Shown here: piece by piece, positions 27,707 to 40,772 of the stretch
Layout of the letters: each line of letters opens with the position of its first letter
Position numbering within the stretch: position 1 is the stretch's first letter
Made by a program: the position numbers and the translations under genes
Notes under the pieces: model-generated
What the model was told of the DNA's origin: nothing
Database searches by the model: none
The model's input: the letters and a program-made list of their open reading frames with translations, nothing else
From: Octopus sinensis
Lineage: Eukaryota
Assembly: GCF_006345805.1 (NCBI RefSeq)
Contig: NW_021832843.1
Location: forward strand, 25,855 to 89,854
Length of the DNA stretch: 64,000 nucleotides
Reading direction: 5' to 3'

Positions 27707-29556
27707 TACTACTACTACTACTACTTTTTATCCAGATCAAATATATATTTAATAAACATTTAATAAATATATCAACAAAGCTGACAAAGGAGGCAAACAG
27801 AAAACGTTTACGATGATGATGATAATGATGATGACGATGATGACAACGACGGCGGCGGCGGCGATGATGATGATCATCATCATCATGTTGATCATCATTA
27901 TGATGGTGATGATGGAAGTAGATGAAGACGGACATGGAGAAAAAGAAAAAGAAGGAAAATGAAACAAATGTAAGAAAAACAAACAAATGTTCAAAAGTGC
28001 TATACGGTTCAGAAGGTTAATTTCCTTGCGATCGTCTGTTTTCTGTATTTGATACAAAAAGAAAAAAAAATATGGCAACTAAAGCAACCGGAAGTGACTT
28101 CATTAGTGACTACACTGAGAAAGCGCTGAGGCGAAAAGGGAGAAAATAAACGACAAATAAGAAATGAAGAAAAAAAGAGGAAGAGGAAACGAAAAGAGAA
28201 TACAAACAAAATGGTGATGAGAGCATATCTGCTTTATCACTATATAACTATTGCAAACGTTCTCATTTTGCCACTGATTATATACATCGTTACAATAGCT
28301 AACAATAGGCCAATAATAATAGATATGTTAACGATGTCCACTCTACCGCCATTGTTTGCCAAAACAGGCTCCATTTTATGAAAGACACTGACCTAACCTG
28401 TCGACATAATCAAATAATTCAAATGTTTGATTCAACATTCAACTTTGACGGGCGGCGGGTCCGTAACTCAATACATACGTCTACGGTCTACGGACACATA
28501 CAAGTACATAGAGTATACGTATGTGTATGTGTTTATATATGTGTATGCATACATGTATGTATGTACGTATATATGTATGCATGTATGTATGTATGGATGT
28601 GTGTGTATGTATATATGTATACACACACACGCACACACACATATATATCATATATATAGTATAATATAATTTATATATACATACATATACATATATATAT
28701 ACATATATATATATATATATTTATATCTAAATACACATACACACACATGCATACATATATTGATAATTTGACAGATTGTTAAAGTGATTAACGGGTGCTT
28801 TCCTCTTTTTTCCTCTTTTTCCTTTATTTGCTTTCCTTATAAATCTATTTGAAGTCTGACTATAATATATGTATGAATGTTCGCACATGACACCACTGGC
28901 TATCAGATTTTACATAATATACACATATACATGTATATACATACTTAAATAATGTATGGCTTGCGTGCGTATCGACTCGTGAGTGCATATATATATATAT
29001 ATAAAACCTAGCATATTGTACCTTACGCATATATACAAACTGTATGCAAAACTATGCGCTACGATTTCGATTCGAGGTCAGACTTACATTTAGTTTTAAG
29101 CGAAAATACCGGCAATATGCGTAACTGTCTGTGTCCTCATGTATGTGGGGATGCCACTTCTTGTGTTTGGGGTCCCGTGTCATGAAAGGTACACTGAAAA
29201 AAAAATAAAGAACATCTTACTCCTATATTTCATAAATTGTAATAAACACTTTATTCTTATATATACAGGATTTACGCCTAGGGGAAATTTCGAAAATGCA
29301 TAATTTTTTAAGGGTTGGTTCTGACGAAATAAACGCTGCTTTGCACTTCGAAAATTAGAATAATTTTGGTAGTATTTAAGTAAACACTGAAACCAAAAGT
29401 TATGTACGCACATAATTGCAATAACGAAAAATCAATGACAATTGATGCAAGCATGACATATATAATAAAAGAGATTTGAATGTGGGTTATGACACCTGCC
29501 AAATTAATTCTTCGCACGTGCATACATAAAGACATATATACAAACATATACACACG

Positions 29557-29614
<58 letters not shown>

Positions 29615-30270
29615 ATATATATATAATTAGATTGATAGATAGATAGATTATGTTTATGCCTAAATAATAGCCCACGAGCTAGAGGCGGCCCAGGTGATTG
29701 TTCAGCTTCCGTTACCCCAGACAGTCTTGTGTAAACTGTACATGTGTACTGTATGTATATATGTATGTGTATTTAAGTGTGTGTGTGTATATATATATGT
29801 GTGTATGCATGTACGTATGTATGTATGTGTTTGTGTGTGTATGTATATATGTATATATATACATATATATATGTGTGTGTGTGTGTGTATGTACGTATGC
29901 ATGTATGTACGCATCTGTGTGTGTGTATGTGTGTATGTGTGTGCGTCTGTGTCTGTGTGTACGGAAGAGTTGTAGCTGTAACGAAACATTGTGATGCGAA
30001 GGTAATATGAAATGAAAGACTGTGACATACGAATAGATAAAATAAAGAATTATTTATTAATATCTAGCAGTGTGGTAAAAAGTTAGCTTTTCATCCACAT
30101 GGTTCCAGATACTTTTCTACTCTTGACACAAGGCACGAAATTTTGGGGGAAGGGCCCGAAATTTTGGTTTCCTGAAACTTTGGAGTCGATTAGAACGGCC
30201 CCGATAAGCAGATTGGAAATCTGGTGCTTGAAGAAAATTGAGGAATACTCTAAACAGCATAATAGTTATT

Positions 30271-30699
30271 GGATCTTTTCGGTTTGAACGGCAGTTTTTA
30301 ACATAATTTCTAGGTAACTAAAAAATTTTAAACTTCGTATACTGGTAGAATGTGTTTATAAAACATCTTTTTCTCTTGGCTTTATTGAGAAAATTCTATA
30401 GTTTGTAAGATATTTGCTGTTTTTTTTCTTCAATTTCTGCAATTTCAACCAATCGATGACATCCATTGAGTTAAAAAACATTTTGTGCCGTATGAATATG
30501 TTCCTCGTTTAAGAAAAAGATTGGGTTTATTTACATTTGTGAAGAAAAAAAGATAACTAACTATAACCCTAACTAACCCTATGTAACCCTAAACCCTAAA
30601 ACAGATGGAAATGCAATAGATCGATTCTAGGGTCATAATTATTGTGACAATTTCATACGACACCGCTAGAAAAGACTGCCGTTCAAACCGAAAAGATCC
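30271..30699. mobile_element. MITE with 25-bp GG-starting TIRs and 8-bp TSD (Merlin-like; hAT or P not excluded)
   Basis: TIR GGATCTTTTCGGTTTGAACGGCAGT with its reverse complement at the right end. TAGTTATT occurs at 30263-30270 and 30700-30707. Confidence 0.8.
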
Positions 30700-30859
30700 T
30701 AGTTATTTAATATCACCTAAAGAAGTATGTGTTTGCTTATAGAATTTTGCGTTTGAATATGTATACATTTAAGCAGGCAAACCTATTAACAAAGGCCGTT
30801 TAAGTCACGACTATACCGTCAAACATAACGGAATAGAGTACCAACATTTATTGTGTGTA

Positions 30860-31270
30860 CTCTTTTTACTCTTGTACTTGTTTCAGTCATTTGACTGTGG
30901 CCATACTGGAGCACCGCCTTTAGTCGAGCAAATCAACCCCAGGACTTATTCTTTGTAAGTCTAGTACTTATTATATCGGTCTCTTTTTGCCGAACCGCTA
31001 AGTTACGGGAACGTAAACACACCAGCATCGGTTGTCAAGCGATGTCGGCGGGACAAACACAGACACGCAAACACATACACACACATACATATACATATAT
31101 ATACATATACGGCAGGCTTCTTCCAGTTTTCGTCTACCAAATCTACTCACAAGGCTTTAGTCGGCCCGAGGCTATAGAAGAAGACACTCGCTCAAGGTGC
31201 CACGCAGTGGGACTGACCCGGAACCATGTGGTTGGTAAGGAAGCTACTTATCACACAGCCACTCCTGCGC
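30860..31270 (-). mobile_element. Family-3 SINE
   Basis: Reverse complement of the 10262-10655 modules. Confidence 0.88.
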
Positions 31271-31353
31271 CTGTGTGTGTGTTTTTTTATCTATTAGCAT
31301 GGAGGGATATGAGGGAAATTTGGTCGTTATTTCTGCATTTAGGAACTTATAAG

Positions 31354-31354
31354 C

Positions 31355-31419
<65 letters not shown>

Positions 31420-31452
31420 GCATGCATACATACATACATACATACATACATA
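31354..31452. repeat. (AGAT)n followed by (CATA)n
   Basis: Direct inspection. Confidence 0.95.
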
Positions 31453-31888
31453 CATACATACATACATACATACAAAAATACCCTGTTGACGTTGTTGGAA
31501 TTCCAATGAAGGAGCCTTGGATCTAGGTTAGAAACCGACTCTTTCTTCATTGTCATGAAAACTTGAAATAAAACTGAATGAGGACATAGATATTCGCACA
31601 CAAAACACACGCATGTGTTTTCCTGTGTGTATATTTGCTTATGTACGATGTAATGCATTTTAGTTAACAATTACGGTAAGAAGAGCATATTGAACTTCAG
31701 GTAAATGCATAGAAACTGCATTTGCCAAGATCAGGTGAGTTGTTACTCTTCTTTGCCTGAAATTCCCTGCATTTTGTGATTAGCACTTAAACAATTACTA
31801 ACGTATCCAAGACTACCAATGGTTATTGGTACAAATGTAAATATATATGATAGAGATAAACTCTATGTTTCGAAAGTGTTGACCATTA

Positions 31889-31939
<51 letters not shown>

Positions 31940-32362
31940 ACTGATTTTGAAAGAAATGTTCACGTCAGCAAGTCAGCTGACCTCTCTAACAGAATATAAT
32001 TTCTCTTTTCTCACCTAAACATCTGACCGGTTACGTTTGCATTTGGTTGAAGATTTGAATGTTCCACTAATATTTCTTCTATTGAAACGCCCCAGTGTCC
32101 TTAACGTAAGAAACATCATTTATATCTGTTCCACAGCAATCCTTCCGACCGATAGCATCGTCTATTGATTTAGTAGCGACTGCTTTATACTACGTTGTAA
32201 GGTAATAATTCTGATGACATTTTGAGGGTAAGGGCTGAACGCGAGTAATATCTTCCAGAGAAGTGCGATATAAGAGATACATTTAAATAACTTTATAAGT
32301 GCGTATGTACAACGTATGTGTATATACATACATGTGTGTGTGTGTGTATGTGTCTGTACGTA

Positions 32363-33276
32363 CGAGGTTGTATCAAAAGGTCCCCGAACTAGTTATGTTT
32401 AATAAAAATCTAACTTATTTACTTAAGGTTTAACTTCATCTCCTTCGAAATACCTTGCACAGTAATACAATGGCCTCAGCGTTCCTGACACGTTTTGAAT
32501 CCGGCCTGGAAGTTGTTTTCCGTAAGTCGGGGACCTTCTGCGATACGCTCTGGATCTTGACGGCGGTGTTAAAACGGTGACCTTTGAGCTGCATTATCAT
32601 CTTGGGAAAGAAAGAGGTGGAAGTCTGCAGGTGCTAGATCTAGCAAATGGGGTGGAAGGAAGCGATACCATGTTGCTTTTAGCGAGAAACTCAAAATGAT
32701 GAGAGTTCGGTGACAGGGTACGTTGTCGTTGGGAAGAATCCAATTCTTCACACTCCACAGATCCGGTCGCTTTTGCCGAATATCCTCCATCAGACGTTTC
32801 AAAAACGTCGCAGTCGAACTCTCGATTGACAGCCTGGCCCTGGGGAATGAGTTTTTCATGTACAATACCACATTCCCAGGGGTAACGCTCGTGTCAGGAC
32901 TCCATATCGCTCATCGTTTTCAGGGAACTTTCTTCCACCTTTGAAGCGCCGTTGCCACCCGAAACATTCCGTACGACCCATTGCCTTGTCGCCGTAAGTT
33001 CGTAAAAGCATGGTCAATGTCTCTGTAGCAGACTTCCCAAGTTTAATGCAAAATTTCACCTTGGCTCTTTGTTCCTGTCCATGACAAAATTGCAGACGAC
33101 AGCAAACACGTAATCACAAAAACACAAATTTCACAACTTGAAAAGTAAATACAGCGATATCACTTGGCACACTGCCTCCTGAATGTCATTGCTAGCTCTC
33201 ATTACGCACGCAACTGTGTGCTGCCATCTGCTGGCGTGATACGAAACTAGTCCTAGAATTTTTTGATACCACCTCG
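32363..33276 (-). mobile_element. Internally deleted mariner transposon (second family)
   Basis: TIRs (TA)CGAGGT(T/G)GTATCAAAA..ACTAGTT with TA flanks. Remnant peptides MKFCIKLGKSATET.. and PPHLLDLAPADFHLF. Confidence 0.9.
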
Positions 33277-33399
33277 TAAGTATGTACTGCATGCAAGCAT
33301 ATGATGTCGGTGGTAAAGCGTCTCTAAACTGATAGAATTGTAGAGGCACCGTCCTGACATACAGTGTACCTCAAGCATTTTAATCATGGTGCAAGTCAT

Positions 33400-33468
33400 T
33401 TACATTATTTACAATGTAAATAATGTAAATAATGTACATAATTCCTCATCTCTTAAATATAGAACTGT
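33400..33468 (+). mobile_element. 3'-tail-only insertion of the hammerhead SINE family with 14-bp TSD
   Basis: TGTAAATAATGTACATAATTCCTCATCTCTTAAATATAGAACTGT matches the 3' end of 37134-37386. ATGGTGCAAGTCAT occurs at 33386-33399 and 33469-33482. Confidence 0.8.
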
Positions 33469-33727
33469 ATGGTGCAAGTCATCCCTCTGCTGGCCTACAG
33501 ACATCGGATTTCTTCCAGTGGGTGAGAAAAATACAGAGAGATAAATTGATCCTAATACTTAACGAATTCTATAATGATAGATCTTGAAAGAAGGAAGTGC
33601 AACGTTGCCCTCAGCGGGATTTGAACCAAGAGAGCCAAAATGAACATCGCAAGACATCCTATCCGAGTCTTTAACAACTCTGCCAATCGACCACCTGTTA
33701 CGTATATATACGCTTGCATATATGCAT

Positions 33728-33835
33728 GTAGGTAGGTAGGTAGATAAGTAGGTAGGTAGGTAGGTAGGTAGGTAGGTAGGTAGGTAGGTAGGTAGGTAGG
33801 TAGGTAGGTAGTAGTAGTAGGTAGGTAGGTAGGTA
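33728..33835. repeat. (TAGG)n microsatellite
   Basis: Direct inspection. Confidence 0.95.
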
Positions 33836-35651
33836 TGCATGCATGTATCTGAGTAGGTATTTGCGAATGTACACACATGTAGGTAATTGCATATCTATAC
33901 GTGTTTATGTATGTAGATAGAGCTGAGATATGAAAAACTTACGCAATACTTTAGATGATAGATGTGCTACTAAATATTCATCATAACTAATATTTGATAT
34001 TAGATGTCTTTCGCTTGCAGCTGGCGTTATTTATCATTAGAATCAATAGCGTTCTGTCTGTTTTGGTTTGGAAAGAGGGACGTCAGCTGGGAACATAATT
34101 TTAATATATTTATTTGAAGTTCAAATCACTTGTTCACCTATTGGGATGTTTCAGATTGGAACATGACCCCATTCTTGGAATTAGTCGTAAACTTTTAAGA
34201 ACATCTCTCAACACATAATTCTTCATTGTGCTTATTCAGTAGACAACTAAGATAGAACGTCTTCAGCTAATACTTTGACAGACTGCTTGATAAAACGGGG
34301 ATGTTAGAGTGTAAGGGATATCAGAGAGGACAGAGCGAAGATTGGCATGAAATACCAGAGATGTGATGTACCAAGACTAGTAGAGGTGGAAGCGTATAGA
34401 ATTTCAGAAACGTTAGTGTGGGGGTGGGTAGAATCGATGGTAGAATATATATATATATTAGATCTGGTAGTGTAGGGAGTAACGCAGGTAGTGGCATATG
34501 TGGAGTATCAGAGTTTCAACGTCGCATACTCCCATCGCTGCCACTGTCTAGAGCGTGTAGAATATCAGAAATGATAGAGTGTATAGAGTATCAGGAATAG
34601 TAATGTAATGTATTAATGTCTTAATATATCTCGCCGCACACACACACACACTCATATATAAGACAAGCTTCTTTGGGTTTCCGTCTACGAAATTCTCTCA
34701 CTAGGGTTACGTCGGCCCGAGACTAAAGTAAAAGAAACTTGCCCGCTGTGGGACAAAATTATTTATGCCTTTTAGCTTTCTTGAGTCAATAAAATTAAGC
34801 ATTCTCCAGTAAAGAGGTTTATATAATTCAATGCACACCTTTTTACATATTACAGTGCTGTGTCAATAGTAAACACATTTATATTATAGTCTGTGTTTAA
34901 TACATTGCTATTTGATTTAATAAAACATTTTATATCTTTTAGCTTGGAGGGAATGTAGTACTCATGGTCCTCTAACAATGCCTGCGTAATTGGAATAAGA
35001 GAGGAACTTATTCTCAAACAAAGGCTCTTAACGGGATGGGGTCCCTAAAATTATCCAAGGTACTAGATTGTGGTGTTAAACCGGATTATGGACTACGTCT
35101 ACTACACTATTCGGCCATGGCAATAGTTAGACTTAGGACACAAGGAATCGAAACAAATATCACAAGGCATTCGATCCCCAATTTTTTTTTTTTTTTTTTT
35201 TTTTTTACAGATCCGACAATCATCCAATTTGGACTGGTACATTTTTATCAGCGCCGAAAGGATGAAAAGACAAAGTTGGTCTCGGTGGCATTCGAATTTT
35301 GCAAAAATACCGTGAGAACAAATACCGCGAGGTATTCTATCCGACGATCTACCAACTAACCCAATTCGGCGCTTACAATCTTGAATCAACTATGTAGAGT
35401 CGGGAAAACCTCTCAGACTACTATAATAGTAGTTCTGGTTTCAAGTATCGTGACATTCTCCTAATCATTTTTTTCGTGCTTAATTATCACATTTTTAAGG
35501 TTCCCCACTCGCAGTACATTCCTAGGAATGTGGTACACATGAAACTAAGGATCAAATGTTTGGTAACAGTTTGGTACTTGCCACTTACATAAGATAAGAT
35601 CTTATGGGAGAATTACCGTAAAAAAAGCTTAGCTGATAAATGCTCAAAGAA

Positions 35652-35738
<87 letters not shown>

Positions 35739-35780
35739 AAGATAGATAGATAGATAGATGGATAGATAGATGGATAGATG

Positions 35781-35835
<55 letters not shown>

Positions 35836-35879
35836 GGATAGATAGATAGATGGATAGATAGATAGATAGATAGATAGAT

Positions 35880-35958
<79 letters not shown>

Positions 35959-35960
35959 CA
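35652..35960. repeat. Long (AGAT)n microsatellite, about 310 bp
   Basis: Direct inspection; source of the YLSI ORFs. Confidence 0.95.
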
Positions 35961-37133
35961 GATATGTAAATGCGTTTGGAAATATATATATATATATATA
36001 TATATATATGGATGTATACACATGTTAGTAATAATGGTTTTGTTTTGTTAATTATTGTCTGTATCTCAATGTATCGTAATATAAATATCCACTGCCTGGC
36101 GAAAAATACCTGTGTTGTAGAAAAGACTGGCGTGAGAGGGGATTGATGGAAAATCATCTCCTACTGACAACTAACTGACATAGCCAATGAAGGGTGATTA
36201 ACGCGCTATAAAAAGACTACTAGAAGAGAACGGGCCAAAAACTGACGGAACGTACCAAGATGATCCGATCGTCTAAATAAATGATAATACGCAAAACAAA
36301 ATAAATACAACTAAAAAAAAAGAGAAAGACACATTGTAAGGAGAAATAAAAAGAGTAGAAACAAAACAAAAAAATATAGAAAACACGAAATTTAATTTGA
36401 AGGAAGAAAAGCGTAAATCGGATGTTGTTTTGCTTGAATAGACGATTCTTTAAAGGAGCATTGCTTTGATATGTATTTGAAAGATTTCCTAATTCATCCA
36501 TTTCATTTATGTTAGCAGATGTCGGGTAAAATGCAACATGTTTTATGCGTGGAAGGTGTGCATTTGGGGCTGGAGTAGAGCTGGCATAAAAGAAAACCTG
36601 ATGGAGATGTCAGTTCAGACAAGCAGAAACTCTTCAGAAAAGTATATTTTTCTTGGTATCTATCCTTCAGATTTACCTAAACTGTTGTACTTTCTCTGTC
36701 CATTTGTTTGCTATAGAAGATGCAGTAGTTTATAAACATCAGTTCCGCTCAGTAAGACACACTGTCTTCTCCAAGCCAGCGATTCTCAAACTTTTCTATG
36801 CACCACACAAGAAAAGATTGATTAATGTTCGCATCCCCTTTGGATGTAATATCACATTTTAAATGAAAAGTATATTTTCCAATAACAATTTGTCTTTTTA
36901 ATCGATCTGCATACATTGCCGTTGGCCAACAAGCTGAACTTGAAAATTAAACTTTTGATTTCACTCCATTATCTCACTGCAAATGTCAATTACGCGCTTA
37001 GTAAAAAATCTGTAAACATAGAAATCAATAGCAATTTTTCTACCTACGAAGGTTAAAAAGCTATACATGTTGAATAATAATTGTCCTCAGTGTATTTGAT
37101 AGATGAAAATTGTTTTTAAGAGTTAGTTTACAG

Positions 37134-37386
37134 CTCTATATTTAAGAGATGAGGAATTATATATATTATTTACAATTGACGGATATTTGTCCTCATCTTG
37201 TTTGTTGTTAACATAACGTTTTGGCTGATATACCCTCCAGCCTTCATCAGGTGTCTTGGGGAAATTTCGAACCTGAGTTCTCATTCCTAAGGTATTTTTC
37301 GATGTTATTATTATTATTCAGATCACTGCCTGGAATCGAACTCCGAATCTTGGGGCTAGTAGCCGCGCTCTTAACCACTACGCCAT
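37134..37386 (-). mobile_element. tRNA-headed SINE carrying a Penelope-type hammerhead motif
   Basis: Minus strand shows box A TGGCGTAGTGG, box B GAGTTCGATTCC, a short (TAA)n, a body and the hammerhead core. TAGTTTACAG direct repeats lie at 37124-37133 and 37386-37395. Confidence 0.78.
37210..37255 (-). ncRNA. Decayed minimal type I hammerhead ribozyme
   Basis: GACAC-CTGATGA-A-GGCTG(loop)CAGCC-AAAAC-GTT-ATGTT. G12 is replaced by A, there is one stem I mismatch, and AACGTT forms a palindromic stem III. Confidence 0.6.
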
Positions 37387-37852
37387 AGTTTACAGTTGTT
37401 TTTTGAAAAGCGAATTTAATAAAGTATATATTTTCTTCCTATATTGCAAACAATGAAATACCATCTCGTGGAGTTCGGAAAACATGGATGGGAATCTCTC
37501 CACTAAACTGTGTACTTATGCACAGAAGCTACCCGCAAGAGAATTTAATGTACGCACAACAGTTCTATTTCCTAAATAATGTAATAATTAAAAATTATGC
37601 TTACTGAATACAATATCTTAATTGTTTCTGTTAATTAGTTTGTCAGATATCACGCTTTCACATCATTAATTTACGTTGTTTCACCTGTTCCAGTTTAGCA
37701 GGAACACGGAAGCAATAATTCGTGTCTGAAAGACAATGCTTATATCGTAAAGTGTGTATCGTAATGTTTACAGGGAGGCCTTTCAATATCTACTGACAGC
37801 TTTATCCCCTCCCCAGAAATTGCTGGCCTTGTGCTAAAATTTTAAAAAAGAC

Positions 37853-38460
37853 GGAGAGCTGGCAGAACGTTAGCACGCCGGGCGAAATGCGTAGCCGTAT
37901 TTCGTCTGCCGTTACGTTCTAAGTTCTAATTCCGCCGAGGTCGACTTTGCCTTTCATCCTTTGAGGGTCGATTAAATAAGTACCAGTTCCGCACTGGGGT
38001 CAATGTAATCGACTTAATCCGTTTGTCTGTCCTTGTTTGTTCCATCTGTGTTTAGTCCCTTGTGGGTAGTAAAGAAATAGGTATTTCGTCTGTATTTACG
38101 TTCTGTGTTCAAATTCCGCGGAAGTCGACTTAGCCATTCATCCTTTTGGGGTTGATAAATTAAGTACCAGTTGCGTACAGGGGTCGATCTTATCGACTGG
38201 CCCCCTTCCCGAAAAATTTCGAGCCTAGAGTAGAAAAGAATATCTATTGACAGCTTAAGGCGGTAAAATGGCAGAATCGTTAGCACGCCGGGCAAAATGC
38301 TAGGCGGCATTTCGTCCGTCATTAGGTAGAGTTCAAATTCCGCCAGCGTCAATTTTTGGCTTTCAGCCTTTCAGAGTCGATAAGTACCAGTTGAGTACTG
38401 GGGTCAATGTAATCGACTTATCCCACTAACTTTCTAGTCCTGTGCCAAATTTTGAAACTA
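37853..38460 (+). mobile_element. Family-1 SINE dimer followed by a further copy
   Basis: Same head, body, junction and tail modules as 1968-2367. Confidence 0.9.
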
Positions 38461-38989
38461 AAATCTACGGACTGTTTACTGCTTTTCATTTTACTGAAAA
38501 AAATATTTTGGTAATACTGAATTGAAATAAACTTCATAAATAATAACTGTTTCAAATCAGACACAAGACAAGAAATTTTTAGAAAAGCAACAGTTCACTT
38601 TATCGACCTCAGAAAATTGATAGGCGAAATTATAGTTGATGAGAGTTGAACACAGAATATAAAGAGTCAGGATATAATACCGTCTGTACAGGCGTGCTTC
38701 GTTTACGTTCGTCACAGCAACGCGGTTAAAATAAGACAGACGTTGATGTCAAAAGCTATAAGAAACAGCCACTCGGTTACATACAGAAACATAAGATAAA
38801 TTCCAGACTGAACGAAGGATCAAGGTAATTTAGATCGATGAAAACACTAAACAGTGCTCTAGTATGACCGAGCTCCAGTGCCTGAAAGAAATAAAAGTTA
38901 AAAGTATATACATACACACACACACACACAATGGCCTATTTATTCTGTTGAGATAGATTGAGAAATGTTGGTATATATACATATATATA

Positions 38990-39170
38990 TCTCTTTTACT
39001 TGTTTCAGTCATTTGAGCACTACCTTTAGTCGAGCAAATCGATCCCGGGACTTATTTTTTGTAAGCCCAGTACCTATTCTATCGGGTCTTTTGCCGAACC
39101 ACTAAGTGACGGGGACATAAACACACTAGAATCGGTTGTCAAGCAATACTAGGGGGACAAACAAAGACAC
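38990..39170 (-). mobile_element. Family-3 SINE 3' fragment
   Basis: TCTTTTACTTGTTTCAGTCATT..GTCGAGCAAATCGA..GGTTGTCAAGC. Confidence 0.8.
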
Positions 39171-39582
39171 AAACATTCCCGAAAAAAAATTTATCCTACA
39201 TTAGTTATAAATTAAATAGTGTTCACTTCCGGATTCTATCACTCTGTGAAAGTTTCTAGTTCGAATCACACGTGTCTCGAGATGTGCCGAAGATTTTTCT
39301 ATTTTGGATATATTTGGGGTACTTAGTTCTGCTCAGGACTTAGTGCTTGCTTTTTCCATGGGTGTGAGTAAGTATTTCACTTATATCTTGCGTATTTGCC
39401 GCTGCACAGGGGAACATTTCTTACGAATTAACCCCGAATTTGGTCCAATACGGTAATAACGAATTTTTTAGAGATTTCTATCGGTTTGTTTCGAGACGCA
39501 TAAAATATAATGGTTTATTGACAATTATTGTCTTTTTTTCGGCATATTTGGCATTAGAATTTTTCTTTTGGCCTTATCTTGT

Positions 39583-39652
<70 letters not shown>

Positions 39653-39653
39653 C

Positions 39654-39714
<61 letters not shown>

Positions 39715-39944
39715 TATTAATTAGAGACAAAACATGCATAATAGTGGTTTTGTCTCTAATTAATATAATATATATTTACTATAAATTGGATTCAATCCTA
39801 AATCTGATTTTTCCCTGTAAATTGGATTTATTCCCTAATATTTATTATTATATATATATATTATATAGATATCATATCATATATCTATAATCTATATTTA
39901 TATATAATATAATATAGATATATATATATATAATATATATACAC

Positions 39945-39991
<47 letters not shown>

Positions 39992-40009
39992 CACACATAT
40001 ATATTTTTT

Positions 40010-40320
40010 TTTGTTTCAGCTCAGAGCTGCGGCCATGCTGATGCACCGCCGTTAATTTATATATATATACATACATATATATATATATTCGTTTATCTGT
40101 TCTTTTAAACTGTAGTTGTTTCAGTGATTAGACTGCAGCCATGCTGGGGCACTGCGTTGAGGAACTTTAGTCGAAATTATCGACCCTAGATCGCAATATT
40201 CTTTAGTAAATCCTAGTACTTACCCTATCGGTCACTTTCCCGGACCGCCTAAGTTACATGGACGTAACCACACCAACACTAGTTGTCAAGAAGTAGTGAG
40301 GGACAAACACATATACAAAG
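40010..40320 (-). mobile_element. Family-3 SINE fragments
   Basis: GCGGCCATGCTG and ..GTAACCACACCAACA..GTTGTCAAG modules. Confidence 0.72.
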
Positions 40321-40365
40321 ACACACACACACACGCACAAACACACAGAACACACATACACACAC

Positions 40366-40403
<38 letters not shown>

Positions 40404-40480
40404 ATTTATGTGAAATAGAAAGATGAATAATCTGTAGTAGATTATCAAAAGTTTAACCGTACCTTCAATTCACCAAAATG

Positions 40481-40513
<33 letters not shown>

Positions 40514-40772
40514 GAGTTATTTTTGAGAGTAAACACTAATCTGGGAGACTTTTTCTTAAAGTAGTGGAAATAGCTAAAAAACTTTTTGGCTGCTATTTCT
40601 AAAAATTTCAGTATGTGGCAAAGTAATTTATTTTACTAAGCCCTAATTATATAACGTAATATTTTGAATACGCCTTGAATGGTCCTTTTACATACTGAAC
40701 ACTACTTGGTGAAATTAATTAATAACTAATTGATTTTACCCTTAATTATTGATAATATATATTTATATATAT

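Noticed and set aside
39719-39762. Small hairpin AATTAGAGACAAAAC..GTTTTGTCTCTAATT
   Set aside because: Too short to classify; probably a rearranged fragment of a dispersed repeat.
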